This document shows, one piece after another, positions 55,307 through 64,000 of a stretch of 64,000 nt of DNA (position 1 is its first letter; each line of letters begins with the position of its first letter). The position numbers and the translations under genes are program-made. The notes below the pieces were generated by a model, which was given only the letters and a program-made list of their open reading frames with translations, did not search any database and was not told the origin of the DNA. Source of the DNA: Thermodesulfobacteriota bacterium (GTDB lineage Bacteria > Desulfobacterota > Dissulfuribacteria > Dissulfuribacterales > QOAL01); contig JAADCZ010000144.1 in NCBI GenBank assembly GCA_013154175.1, positions 6,928-70,927 of the forward strand, given 5' to 3'.

Positions 55307-56914
55307 TTGAAAAGGAGTCTAAAAACCTGCGTTCATCCTGATGGCAGATTTCTCGTGGGGCTTCACAGGCCAAGTTATGAGGTTTTGAATCTGAGGGAAA
55401 GTGACCACATATTTGAATTGGGAGTCGATGAAAATGGCAAGCCTGTAAGGAATGAGAGAAATTTTCCTGAGGGAGACCTTGCCTTTGATTCAGCCCAGCC
55501 CATATATGAAATACCAAATGCCTTTCCCTTTTGGGGAACCACCTACATCCTTTCTGAAGCCGCCAGGCGGGCTTCCACGCGGGATGTGCCCTTGTCCTTC
55601 AAGCCAAAGGGTAACACCAGTTTCAAGGGCTGGGACGTACTTGACGACGTGGAGCTCGAAAGGGTCCCACGGCCGATAATCCTGGCCATTGCCCAAACAT
55701 GCAGGGATGGGGAGCTTCTGGCAAGGCTTTTGCCCCTGGCGGCAGACTTTCATCGTGACCCAGGAGGCGAGATCGTGGGCCTCAAGTTTGCCAGGGGAAA
55801 GGATGGAAATCCAAGGCCGTGCATCAAAGACCATGATCTCTATGAAACACTGGGCAACAATCCGAGCCTTCCAGACAGACTCAAGGAGGTAATGCTTCTA
55901 AGGCCAGGCGTTCAGGGTGGAAGCCCAATCGTTGGGGAGTTCTTGTGCAAAAAGAAGTGCCACATATGGGAATACCTGCGGGCCAACAGTTATATCCCCT
56001 GGGGGCACTTTGCAGCCAACATGGCTGAAGATTCCGTGCGGTACTCGGTGGATGATCTGGACATGGACGATGTAAGGGGCCTGCGACACCTCTATTATCA
56101 AAGGGTGTTTTGCAGCCTTGCCCATGAGCTTGGCATCGACTTTGACAGATCAGGGCTTCTTGCCGAAGAGGAACTTGAAGGCCTAAGGGAAAAGGTGCTC
56201 TCTGGAATCAGGTCGGGAAGGGCCTCTGGACTTCGTTTTTCAGCAACCCTATGGGGCTGGAACTATGGATATGACTTTAGCCCCTCTGGTTATCGTCTCC
56301 ATGCATCCCACCAGCAGATACATCAGCAGTTTGCCCTTGTACCCGAGTGGGTCGAGGACTGGTCTGGCAACGGGCAGAAGTTGCCTTCCTATGCAGTTGG
56401 TGACAGTGTCGCCGCCTTTATCGATGCTTATGAAAAAGAGACAGGGGCGGGTTTTTTCGATGCGTACCTCAAGGCCATAATGTCCAATGACAGGACAGAT
56501 GGCCAGAAGGGGCCTCCAAAGGAGCTCGTGGTCTTCAGGGATGACAACGTCATTTTGTTTGTGCCCAAGGCCCAGAGATCCCAGGGAGAGCTTCAAGTCA
56601 TGGCCACGACGCAGGTTGGCAACATACTGGAGGCGGATTCGACCCTGAGAAGGGGCCTTGACAGGGCGATTCTTTTGGGAGTCAAGGTCCTGGCAGCCTT
56701 GGGAGCAAGAATGATAACCTCCTATGAGGTGTCCAAACGCTTTGACTCGTCTTTGGACCAGCGCATTTTCTACTGTCTCCTTCCAAAGCATCCCCAGTCG
56801 CCCGGGGCCTTCAGCGAGCAACAGGGCAGGTGGATTACCGGGCACTTTCCGGAAGATTTCGCTAGAAGTTGCAGGGAACGGCTCGAAGATATTTTGAAGC
56901 GGCTGCAACTTTGA
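55307..56914 (+). CDS. Hypothetical 535-aa protein; C-terminal half possibly GalT/HIT-like nucleotidyltransferase fold
   Basis: It starts at TTG preceded by a GGGGGGAAGGGA RBS, with no signal peptide or TM segments. LHASHQQIHQQ and VVFRDDNVILFVPKAQRSQGELQVMA recall the GalT HPH-GQI and beta-strand/His motifs, but I cannot assign a secure family. Confidence 0.5.
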   Translation: MKRSLKTCVHPDGRFLVGLHRPSYEVLNLRESDHIFELGVDENGKPVRNERNFPEGDLAFDSAQPIYEIPNAFPFWGTTYILSEAARRASTRDVPLSFKPKGNTSFKGWDVLDDVELERVPRPIILAIAQTCRDGELLARLLPLAADFHRDPGGEIVGLKFARGKDGNPRPCIKDHDLYETLGNNPSLPDRLKEVMLLRPGVQGGSPIVGEFLCKKKCHIWEYLRANSYIPWGHFAANMAEDSVRYSVDDLDMDDVRGLRHLYYQRVFCSLAHELGIDFDRSGLLAEEELEGLREKVLSGIRSGRASGLRFSATLWGWNYGYDFSPSGYRLHASHQQIHQQFALVPEWVEDWSGNGQKLPSYAVGDSVAAFIDAYEKETGAGFFDAYLKAIMSNDRTDGQKGPPKELVVFRDDNVILFVPKAQRSQGELQVMATTQVGNILEADSTLRRGLDRAILLGVKVLAALGARMITSYEVSKRFDSSLDQRIFYCLLPKHPQSPGAFSEQQGRWITGHFPEDFARSCRERLEDILKRLQL

Positions 56915-57029
56915 TGGTCGATATGCCCTAGTTTACTTTTTGCTTGAAAAAATGAAGTCGGTGACTAATGTTGGCATGGGTATTTGCTGCAATTTTGTTG
57001 CAATAACAATTAGGCCCAGGGTGCGGATA

Positions 57030-57953
57030 ATGAACTCATCTAGATCGAGGGTAAGGGTACACAAGACCTTTGCCACTATTTTGCTGTTATTTTTGGGGCT
57101 TTTTTTCATTGTGGTGGCCGGAAGGGCAAGGGCTTCTGAAACCAGAAATGTGATAGTGAGCATATTGCCCCAGAAATATTTTGTTGAACAGATTGCCGGA
57201 AATAGGGTGCATGTCACGGTAATGGTCCCCCCAGGGGCAAATCCAGCCACCTATGAGCCAAAGCCGAGCCAGATGAAGGCACTTTCAGAGGCGCAGCTAT
57301 ATTTTTCAGTGGGCGTGCCCTTTGAAAAGACGTGGCTACCCAGGTTCAGGTCTGTAAACCCCAAAATGGCCGTGGTGGATACCAGACAGGGGATAGAGCT
57401 GTACCCCATATCTTCAAAGGACAGAACCTTTTTGCCAGGCAAGGGCAAACTCCTCGACCCCCATATTTGGTTGTCCCCGCCCCTCGTTCTCATTCAGGCC
57501 AGGAACATTCTTCAGGGCCTCTCATGTCAGTATCCAGAGCTAACCCAGAGTTTCAGGGCAAATTTTCACTCCTTTGCAAACAGGGTCATCGCCTTGGACA
57601 TTAGGCTCATGAATCTCCTTGTTGGAAGGGGCAATGGTGCTGGTTGTTCCAACCGTGCCTTCATGGTCTTTCATCCTTCCTGGGGTTACTTTGCCAGGGC
57701 CTATGGGCTCAGGCAGATTCCCGTGGAGCAGGAAGGCAAGGAGCCCAAGCCATCACAACTGGTAGATTTGATGAAGTCGATCAAGAAGCTGGGTATCAAG
57801 GTGATTCTGGTCCAGCCCCAGTTCTCCACCAAGGCTGCCCAGATACTGGCAGAATCGACTGGTGCTCGCCTCGTTGTTGCAGATCCCCTTGCCTACCAGT
57901 GGGACAGAAATCTTCTTGAAGTAGCAAAAAAGCTAAGGGAAAACTGGAAATGA
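57030..57953 (+). CDS. Metal (Zn/Mn-type) ABC transporter substrate-binding protein (ZnuA/TroA family)
   Basis: It has a signal peptide from the ATG at 57030, then SILPQKYFVEQIAG..V.V.VMVPPGANPATYEP and DPHIWLSP motifs. Confidence 0.8.
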   Translation: MNSSRSRVRVHKTFATILLLFLGLFFIVVAGRARASETRNVIVSILPQKYFVEQIAGNRVHVTVMVPPGANPATYEPKPSQMKALSEAQLYFSVGVPFEKTWLPRFRSVNPKMAVVDTRQGIELYPISSKDRTFLPGKGKLLDPHIWLSPPLVLIQARNILQGLSCQYPELTQSFRANFHSFANRVIALDIRLMNLLVGRGNGAGCSNRAFMVFHPSWGYFARAYGLRQIPVEQEGKEPKPSQLVDLMKSIKKLGIKVILVQPQFSTKAAQILAESTGARLVVADPLAYQWDRNLLEVAKKLRENWK

Positions 57954-58774
57954 CAATCCAAGATCCGGACAAGGCAAACATACCTGTAATTCAGCTAGAA
58001 AATGTGAGTTTTTCCTTTAACAAGGCGCCTGTGCTCAAGGACGTCAACCTTACCATCCATCAGGGAGATTTTGTTGCCATAATTGGCCCAAACGGTGGTG
58101 GCAAGACCACACTTGTTAAGATAATCCTTGGGCTTTTGAAGCCCCAGAAGGGCAAGGTGCTGCTCCTGGGGCGACCTCCTAGGGAGTCGTGCAAGCGGGC
58201 CGGCTACATGCCCCAGTATGCCACTGGGGAAAAGGACTTTCCCATCACTGTGCTGGAGGTTGTCTTGCTGGGGCTCTTGGGAGCCACCAACTGTGGGCCT
58301 TTTTTTTCAAGTAGAGAAAGGCTCAAGGCAATGGAGGCCCTTGAAAGGGTGGGAATGGCCGATTTTGCAAAAAGACGCATTAATGACCTCTCAGGAGGTC
58401 AGCTCCAGCGTACCCTCCTTGCAAGGGCGCTTGTGAGTGGCCCTGAAATACTTTTTCTCGATGAGCCAATGGCCAACATAGACATTGGCGGCCAGGCCAA
58501 GCTCTTTGATCTTCTTGGGGAGCTCAACAGGGAGATAACCATAGTCTTTGTGACCCACGACATAGGCCTTTTGTCCAGGTACGTTAAGTCTGTGGTATGC
58601 GTTAATCAGAAGGTATTTTTTCATCCTGCCGCAGAGATTACCCCAGAGATGGCAACCACCATCATGGACGAACATTGCCCCATGGAGTTGATTGCCCACG
58701 GAATGCCCCACAGGGTTCTTGGAAGGCATGACGCAGCCAGGCACCATGCCCAAGGAAATGGACATCAGTCATGA
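57950..58774 (+). CDS. Metal ABC transporter ATP-binding protein (ZnuC-like) with His-rich tail
   Basis: It has Walker A GPNGGGKTT, the signature LSGGQLQR and Walker B ILFLDEP. The C-terminus is HGMPHRVLGRHDAARHHAQGNGH. It overlaps both neighbours by 4 nt. Confidence 0.85.
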   Translation: MTIQDPDKANIPVIQLENVSFSFNKAPVLKDVNLTIHQGDFVAIIGPNGGGKTTLVKIILGLLKPQKGKVLLLGRPPRESCKRAGYMPQYATGEKDFPITVLEVVLLGLLGATNCGPFFSSRERLKAMEALERVGMADFAKRRINDLSGGQLQRTLLARALVSGPEILFLDEPMANIDIGGQAKLFDLLGELNREITIVFVTHDIGLLSRYVKSVVCVNQKVFFHPAAEITPEMATTIMDEHCPMELIAHGMPHRVLGRHDAARHHAQGNGHQS

Positions 58775-59586
58775 TTGCACTCTTGCATTTGCCCTTCATA
58801 CAAAACGCCCTTGCCGCAGGCATGCTTGCGGCCATTGCCTGTGGCATCATTGGAAGCCTCGTGGTGGTCAACAGATCTGTTTTCATGGCTGGAGGCATAG
58901 CCCATGCCGCATACGGAGGGGTGGGGATTGCCTTTTTCTTTGCACTTCCGGCCCTTCCGTGCATAGTTGCCTTTTCCCTCTTTATGGCCGTTGTCATGGC
59001 TGCCCTGACTGCCCGAAGACAGGGCAGAATGGATACCATAATCGGGGTTCTCTGGGCTGTGGGCATGGCCCTTGGAATAATCCTGGTGGATCTGGCCCCT
59101 GGATACAATGTGGATCTGATGAGCTTTCTCTTTGGAAGCATCCTTGCAGTGCCCCGATCAGATGTCCATCTCATGACGGTACTCGTGGTTGTGATAGTGG
59201 GTGTGGTCACCTGTTTCTACAAACAGCTACTGGCCATGAGCTATGACAGGGAGTTTTCCCAGGTAAGGGGCGTGAAGGTGGTACCCTTGCACTTCATGGT
59301 GCTTTGCCTGGTGGCCCTGGCAGTCGTCATGACCATTCGCGTTGTGGGCCTCATCCTCATAATGGCACTTTTTACCATAGCTCCATATCTGGTTGAGCGG
59401 TATGTTGGTTCCCTGGCAAGGATGATGCTATTTTCCTCCTTGCTGAATATGTGTTTTATAGTGGCTGGATTGTGGCTTTCGTGGAAGTTCAATCTTGCAA
59501 GCGGTGCAACGATCATTCTTGTTGCAGCACTTTTTTTCATACTCGTAGAGTCAACGGCTGCTTTGTTGAGCAAGTTTAGAAATTGA
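58771..59586 (+). CDS. Metal ABC transporter permease (ZnuB-like)
   Basis: This is a polytopic membrane protein with a family-typical N-terminus LPFIQNALAAGMLAAIACGIIGSLVVVNR. Confidence 0.85.
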   Translation: MIALLHLPFIQNALAAGMLAAIACGIIGSLVVVNRSVFMAGGIAHAAYGGVGIAFFFALPALPCIVAFSLFMAVVMAALTARRQGRMDTIIGVLWAVGMALGIILVDLAPGYNVDLMSFLFGSILAVPRSDVHLMTVLVVVIVGVVTCFYKQLLAMSYDREFSQVRGVKVVPLHFMVLCLVALAVVMTIRVVGLILIMALFTIAPYLVERYVGSLARMMLFSSLLNMCFIVAGLWLSWKFNLASGATIILVAALFFILVESTAALLSKFRN

Positions 59587-59587
59587 A

Positions 59588-60034
59588 ATGGAGGGATTGG
59601 TGTCTGACGAAACGGCAAAAAAGGTAGCTAGTCATATTGCAAAATATGATAAGCTCATAGGACTTTTTGACATGGAAATAGAAGAGGCCGCAGCAGGCCA
59701 TGCAAGGGTTTCAATGGAAGTGGGGCCCAACCATCTAAATGCAGCAGGCCTGTGCCACGGGGCGGCCCTGTTCGCCCTGGCCGACGTGGCCTTTGCCCTT
59801 GCTGTGAACTGTTATGGCAAGATGGCCCTTGCCATCGAGGCCTCCATGAACTACTTCAGGCCTGTAAAGCTTGGTGCAAGGGTTGAGGCATCCTGCGAGG
59901 AACTCTTTCAGGGGAGGCGTACTGGCACGTATATTTGTCACTTGAGGGATTCTGACCAAAAGAAGATAGCAGTGTTCAAGGCTACGGCCTTCAGGATCGA
60001 TGAAGGGGCAGTGACCCTCCGAGGCAGGGGTTAG
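59588..60034 (+). CDS. PaaI-family hotdog-fold thioesterase
   Basis: It has NAAGLCHGAALFALADVAFALA and a family-typical length of about 148 aa. It starts 2 nt after the permease stop. Confidence 0.7.
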   Translation: MEGLVSDETAKKVASHIAKYDKLIGLFDMEIEEAAAGHARVSMEVGPNHLNAAGLCHGAALFALADVAFALAVNCYGKMALAIEASMNYFRPVKLGARVEASCEELFQGRRTGTYICHLRDSDQKKIAVFKATAFRIDEGAVTLRGRG

Positions 60035-60040
60035 TGTAGT

Positions 60041-62209
60041 ATGGCAAACCATCCAAAAAAACTTACCATTGCCCTGGCAGGAAATCCGAATGCAGGCAAG
60101 ACAACCATTTTCAACCATCTTACCGGTGCCAGGCAGAAGGTGGGTAACTGGTCCGGGGTTACCGTTGAGAAAAAGGAAGGTACCCTAAACTACAAGGATT
60201 ACCAAATCACCGTAGTTGACCTTCCAGGCATTTATTCCCTGACTGCCTATTCCATCGAGGAGGTGGTTGCCCGCAACTACATCCTGGAAGAGCACCCCGA
60301 TGTGGTGGTGGATATCTTGGATGCATCGAATCTTGAAAGAAATCTCTACCTTGCAGTGCAGCTGATAGAGCTGAACATCCCCCTGGTGTTTGCCATGAAC
60401 ATGGTGGATGTGGCAAAGGCAAGGGGGATAATAATCGACTACGACCAGCTTTCGCGTCTCCTTGGGGTTCCCATAGTCCAGACGGTTGGGACCAGGGGCG
60501 AGGGAATAACTGAACTCCTTGAAACTGTGATTCACGTGGCAAGCGGCAAGCACCCCACTTCAAGGCACATTCATATCAACTATGGCAAGGAGATAGAAGA
60601 GGAAATAGTCAAGATCAGGGAAACCCTAAAGAAGGACCCTGAACTCTATCGCAGCTATTATCCCAGATGGTTTGCCCTAAAGCTCCTAGAGAAAGACAGG
60701 CTCGTTGAGGAAAGGGCGCGAAAATCACCGGCAGGGGAAGAGATAATGGCCCAGGTTGAGGCCAGCCGGGAAAGAATACAGTCCATCCTTGGAGATGACC
60801 CTGAAACCATAATTGCCGAGGCAAGATATGGCTTTATCTCCGGAGCCTTGAAGGAGACAATGCGTCTATCGGCAGCTGCCAAAAAGACCATTTCCGACAA
60901 GATAGACCAGGTGCTTACCAATAGGCTCCTCGGTTTCCCTGTATTCATCTTTTTCATGTATTTCCTATTTCAGGCCACCTTCACCATAGGGGCCTATCCG
61001 GTGGAGTGGATAGAGAAGGGCGTTGAGCTCCTGGCAAGCTTCGTGGCGTCCCACATGAGCCCAGGCCCCCTGCGTGACCTCTTGATAGACGGGGTCATAA
61101 GCGGGGTAGGGGGGGTCATAGTCTTTCTGCCCAATATCCTTATGCTTTTTCTTGGAATCAGCCTCTTTGAGGATACGGGTTACATGGCCCGGGCCGCCTT
61201 CATTATGGACAGGATAATGCACAGTCTCGGTTTGCATGGAAAATCCTTCATACCACTGCTCATGGGTTTTGGATGTAATGTGCCTGCCATCATGGCGACC
61301 AGGACCCTTGAAAGCCGACGTGACAGGCTGCTTACCATACTCATAAACCCCCTAATGAGCTGTTCTGCCCGGCTTCCCGTCTATGTTTTGCTTGCAGGGG
61401 CCTTTTTCCCCAGGCGCGCAGGGGACGTAATTTTCGGCATTTATATACTTGGCGTGGTACTTGCAATAGGTGTAGGACGAGTGATGAGCATGACCATCTT
61501 TAAGGGTGAAAGCGCTCCATTCGTTTTGGAGCTGCCCCCTTACAGGCTCCCTACAATGAAGAGCGTCTTTCTTCATATGTGGGAGAACACAAAGGTGTAC
61601 CTGCAAAAGATGGGAGGCGTTGTGCTGGCATTTTCAGTGGTTATATGGTTTTTGGGTAACTACCCACAGGATATCCGCTACAGCCAGGACTATGATAAGA
61701 AGATAAAGACCCTAAAGGAACAGATAATCGATATTTCTTCAAAAACAGGAAAGGAAATGGCGGCAATTAAGAGGCTCCAGGAACAGATAAAGGCACTTCA
61801 GAGGGCAAAGGAGGAAGAACGGCTTGCCAAGAGTTACATCGGCCGTATTGGCAAGGCCATCGAACCTGTCCTTGCCCCACTGGGCTTCGACTGGAAGCTG
61901 GGTGTGAGCCTGGTAACCGGAGTTGTCGCCAAGGAAGTAGTGGTTAGTACCATGGCCGTCCTGTATCAGGCTGGGGAAGACGATACATCCAGTCTGCAGC
62001 GGGCCCTGAAATCCAGTAACATTGATAGGTGCACAGCACTCGCCTTTATGGTATTTGTCCTGATCTATGTACCCTGTTTGGTAACGGTCGTCACCATTTG
62101 GAAAGAGACAGGTTCTCTTGGTTGGACGTTTTTTTCCGTAGCTTACTTAATGGTACTCGCATGGATTACAGCCTTTCTCACTAAAATGGGCTGTTGTCTG
62201 GTGTTTTAG
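60041..62209 (+). CDS. feoB: Ferrous iron transporter FeoB
   Basis: It has an N-terminal G-domain LAGNPNAGKTTIFNHLTG...DLPGIYSL...NMVD and a polytopic gate-motif membrane domain. Confidence 0.95.
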   Translation: MANHPKKLTIALAGNPNAGKTTIFNHLTGARQKVGNWSGVTVEKKEGTLNYKDYQITVVDLPGIYSLTAYSIEEVVARNYILEEHPDVVVDILDASNLERNLYLAVQLIELNIPLVFAMNMVDVAKARGIIIDYDQLSRLLGVPIVQTVGTRGEGITELLETVIHVASGKHPTSRHIHINYGKEIEEEIVKIRETLKKDPELYRSYYPRWFALKLLEKDRLVEERARKSPAGEEIMAQVEASRERIQSILGDDPETIIAEARYGFISGALKETMRLSAAAKKTISDKIDQVLTNRLLGFPVFIFFMYFLFQATFTIGAYPVEWIEKGVELLASFVASHMSPGPLRDLLIDGVISGVGGVIVFLPNILMLFLGISLFEDTGYMARAAFIMDRIMHSLGLHGKSFIPLLMGFGCNVPAIMATRTLESRRDRLLTILINPLMSCSARLPVYVLLAGAFFPRRAGDVIFGIYILGVVLAIGVGRVMSMTIFKGESAPFVLELPPYRLPTMKSVFLHMWENTKVYLQKMGGVVLAFSVVIWFLGNYPQDIRYSQDYDKKIKTLKEQIIDISSKTGKEMAAIKRLQEQIKALQRAKEEERLAKSYIGRIGKAIEPVLAPLGFDWKLGVSLVTGVVAKEVVVSTMAVLYQAGEDDTSSLQRALKSSNIDRCTALAFMVFVLIYVPCLVTVVTIWKETGSLGWTFFSVAYLMVLAWITAFLTKMGCCLVF

Positions 62210-62304
62210 TGGATTTTTTATGGGTAATGCCTAATCTGTTTGAATTAATTTGACCATTATAATATGGTTTATCGTAAAAATCCCAAAAAGGAAGGAGAAA
62301 AGAC

Positions 62305-62625
62305 ATGAAAAAGACAGCAAGCATCGTTATTTCAGCAGTTTTTGGACTTGGTATCGCCCTTTCAGTTCCTGCATTTGGTTCTGAGGCCGGACTCGGCATG
62401 CCCAGCGTAAAGGATATGGCAAAGGGTGCAGCCAAGCAGATGGCACAGCAGAAGGTTGATGCAGCCCATGATGCAGCCAGCAAGAAGCTGGATGCCCTAG
62501 TGGACGGAAAGGCCGAAAAGGCTCAGGAAGCCACTTCTGCTGCCAATGCTACTGCAAAGAAGGCAGAGAAGACCATCCATGAAATGAAGCAGATCAAGGA
62601 ACACGCCGAAAATCTTGGAAAATAG
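62305..62625 (+). CDS. Small secreted Ala/Lys-rich protein (hypothetical)
   Basis: It has a strong AAGGAGAA RBS, a signal peptide (cleavage near AFG-SE) and a helical low-complexity mature part. Confidence 0.5.
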   Translation: MKKTASIVISAVFGLGIALSVPAFGSEAGLGMPSVKDMAKGAAKQMAQQKVDAAHDAASKKLDALVDGKAEKAQEATSAANATAKKAEKTIHEMKQIKEHAENLGK

Positions 62626-62659
62626 GTTCCGTACCTGATCACCCACCTCGATCTCCCAC

Positions 62660-62682
62660 GGGGCCGGCGTTCTGCCGGCCCC
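62660..62682 (+). terminator. GC-rich stem-loop (possible terminator, no T-run)
   Basis: GGGGCCGGC-gttct-GCCGGCCCC lies between the convergent genes ending at 62625 (+) and 62737 (-). Confidence 0.3.
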
Positions 62683-62705
62683 CCTCTCTATCAAAACGGA
62701 TTTTT

Positions 62706-62727
62706 GTTGAGGTCTCGTTGAGGTCTC
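62706..62727. repeat. Perfect tandem duplication of an 11-mer
   Basis: GTTGAGGTCTC occurs at 62706-62716 and again at 62717-62727. Confidence 0.6.
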
Positions 62728-62736
62728 AAATGAGTG

Positions 62737-64000
62737 TCAATGCTCGGCCCAGCCAAAACGCAGGATGTTTTCCCTTGGCTTTGCCTCCTTTACCTTCACC
62801 TCGATTTCCTGATCCGGACGAATCTCCATGCCAGGAGGTATGGGCAAGTCAAAGGTTGTCAGGGTGTCCTGAAGAACGGCGGTAAGGCGCCTGTTGCCGA
62901 CCTCCACAACCCATGCCTTCAGGATTTCAGATTTTTTGCCCTGGAAGTATTTGATCAGCCAGTATCTGACTGTTCCCTGATTTACCAGGGCCGCAGCAGA
63001 AAGCCCCTGCTTAAGCCAGGGTAGGAGTTGCTCGATGTCCTCCTTGGAGTGAAGGGGTTTGCCCTTTAGCAAATAGGACGATATTTGCTGCTGAACAATG
63101 AGATCCAGGGCCCTTCTTAGGGGGGAAGTCACAGTGGTGTACATTGGCAGGCCAAGGCCGGCATGTGGTTCTGGTTCAGTGCTTAGAAGCCCGCGGCTTA
63201 TGAGCCTTCTTTGCCTGATATTGGGCAAAAGTGCTGTTTCATGGCCGGAAATGATATTGTCCCTGGGTGGAGGCTGACTTCTGAACAGCCCTGGAATTCC
63301 CTTGTCGGTCAAAAACTGTGCGGCTACCTGGTTTGCCAGTATCATGGCCTCTGCCACAAGGAATCTGGCAGGCCCAGGGGTTACCAGATTGACGGAAACA
63401 TTTCCCTTTTCATCAACAGAGATATTGAGCTCTGGAATTGGCAGGGGAAGGGCACCGTGTGAGATGCGGATGGCCTGGCGCGCCTTGCAGATTTGATACA
63501 TCTCGAACCATTTCTCCTTGAGGTCAATGGCCGTATCCACGTCCTGGTAACTCAGTCTCCTTGAGACCTTGATTACGCTGGGGATGATTTGAGTGGCCTG
63601 GATGTTTCCAGATGAATCCACCGTTACCATGAAGGACAGGGCCCTCCTCAGCTCCCCCTGGTGCAGGCTCAAGGCTTCATGGGAAAGGATTTCTGGCAGC
63701 ATTGGAATCTGCTGCTCGGGCAGATAAATGGTGGTTGCCCTCGATATTGCATTTTTGAAAAGGGGTGTATCAGGGGGAATCTTGAGGCCAATGTCCGTTA
63801 TGTGTATGCCAATTTCATAGCCCGTGGGAATCTTTTCAAAGCTTATGGCATCGTCCAGATCCCTACTCTCGCTGCTATCGATGGTGAATACCTCTAGGTC
63901 TGTGAGGTCTTCCCTGCCTGGTTCAAAGATGTCGTTCTGGCTTTCCTGGGCGATTTGAACTGCCTGTTCCATGACCTCTGGAGGGAAGCTCGTTTCGATC
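62737..64000 (-). CDS. RNase II/R-family 3'-5' exoribonuclease (RNB domain + C-terminal S1), N-terminus outside window
   Basis: It has the RNB motif FTIDSSESRDLDDAISFEK, PLRRALDLIVQQQ and an S1-like C-terminus. The frame stays open upstream of the first Met to the window edge (IETSFPPEVMEQ...). Confidence 0.8.
   Translation of the reverse strand, partial: IETSFPPEVMEQAVQIAQESQNDIFEPGREDLTDLEVFTIDSSESRDLDDAISFEKIPTGYEIGIHITDIGLKIPPDTPLFKNAISRATTIYLPEQQIPMLPEILSHEALSLHQGELRRALSFMVTVDSSGNIQATQIIPSVIKVSRRLSYQDVDTAIDLKEKWFEMYQICKARQAIRISHGALPLPIPELNISVDEKGNVSVNLVTPGPARFLVAEAMILANQVAAQFLTDKGIPGLFRSQPPPRDNIISGHETALLPNIRQRRLISRGLLSTEPEPHAGLGLPMYTTVTSPLRRALDLIVQQQISSYLLKGKPLHSKEDIEQLLPWLKQGLSAAALVNQGTVRYWLIKYFQGKKSEILKAWVVEVGNRRLTAVLQDTLTTFDLPIPPGMEIRPDQEIEVKVKEAKPRENILRFGWAEH

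Overview
This 64 kb window looks like core chromosome from an anaerobic, Desulfobacterota-like bacterium. That placement is an inference from gene content: HDOD-rich signalling, a MinD-ferredoxin/NifX-like/Mrp cluster, Thi4-type thiazole synthase and sigma-54 promoter motifs. About 60 genes are densely packed, and many neighbours overlap by 1-4 nt.

Confidently recognised housekeeping genes are proS, rel/spoT, ispG, queA, rpmB, gap, ldhA, thiC, thi4, feoB and a purH-like AICAR formyltransferase. I also call three tRNAs (Lys-UUU and Glu-UUC abutting, Arg-CCU), a TPP riboswitch with a terminator-type expression platform upstream of thiC-thi4, and several intrinsic terminators.

I found no CRISPR array, transposase, integrase, phage gene or recognisable defence system.

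The items most worth follow-up are:
- a translationally coupled NifX-like / 2x MinD-ferredoxin ATPase / Mrp / NifX-like / zinc-ribbon cluster, divergent from a CoA-disulfide-reductase::rhodanese fusion, with no nitrogenase genes in the window;
- a CheD-like protein with two of three catalytic residues substituted, coupled to an HDOD protein;
- a 535-aa orphan protein with a possible GalT/HIT-like C-terminal half;
- a sigma-54 promoter with a palindromic upstream site in front of a secreted DUF2202 ferritin-like protein;
- a eukaryote/archaea-type P3A proton ATPase;
- a metal-uptake operon in which a hotdog thioesterase sits where FeoA would be expected.

All protein calls rest on motif and family recognition by eye. 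No BLAST or HMM search was run.
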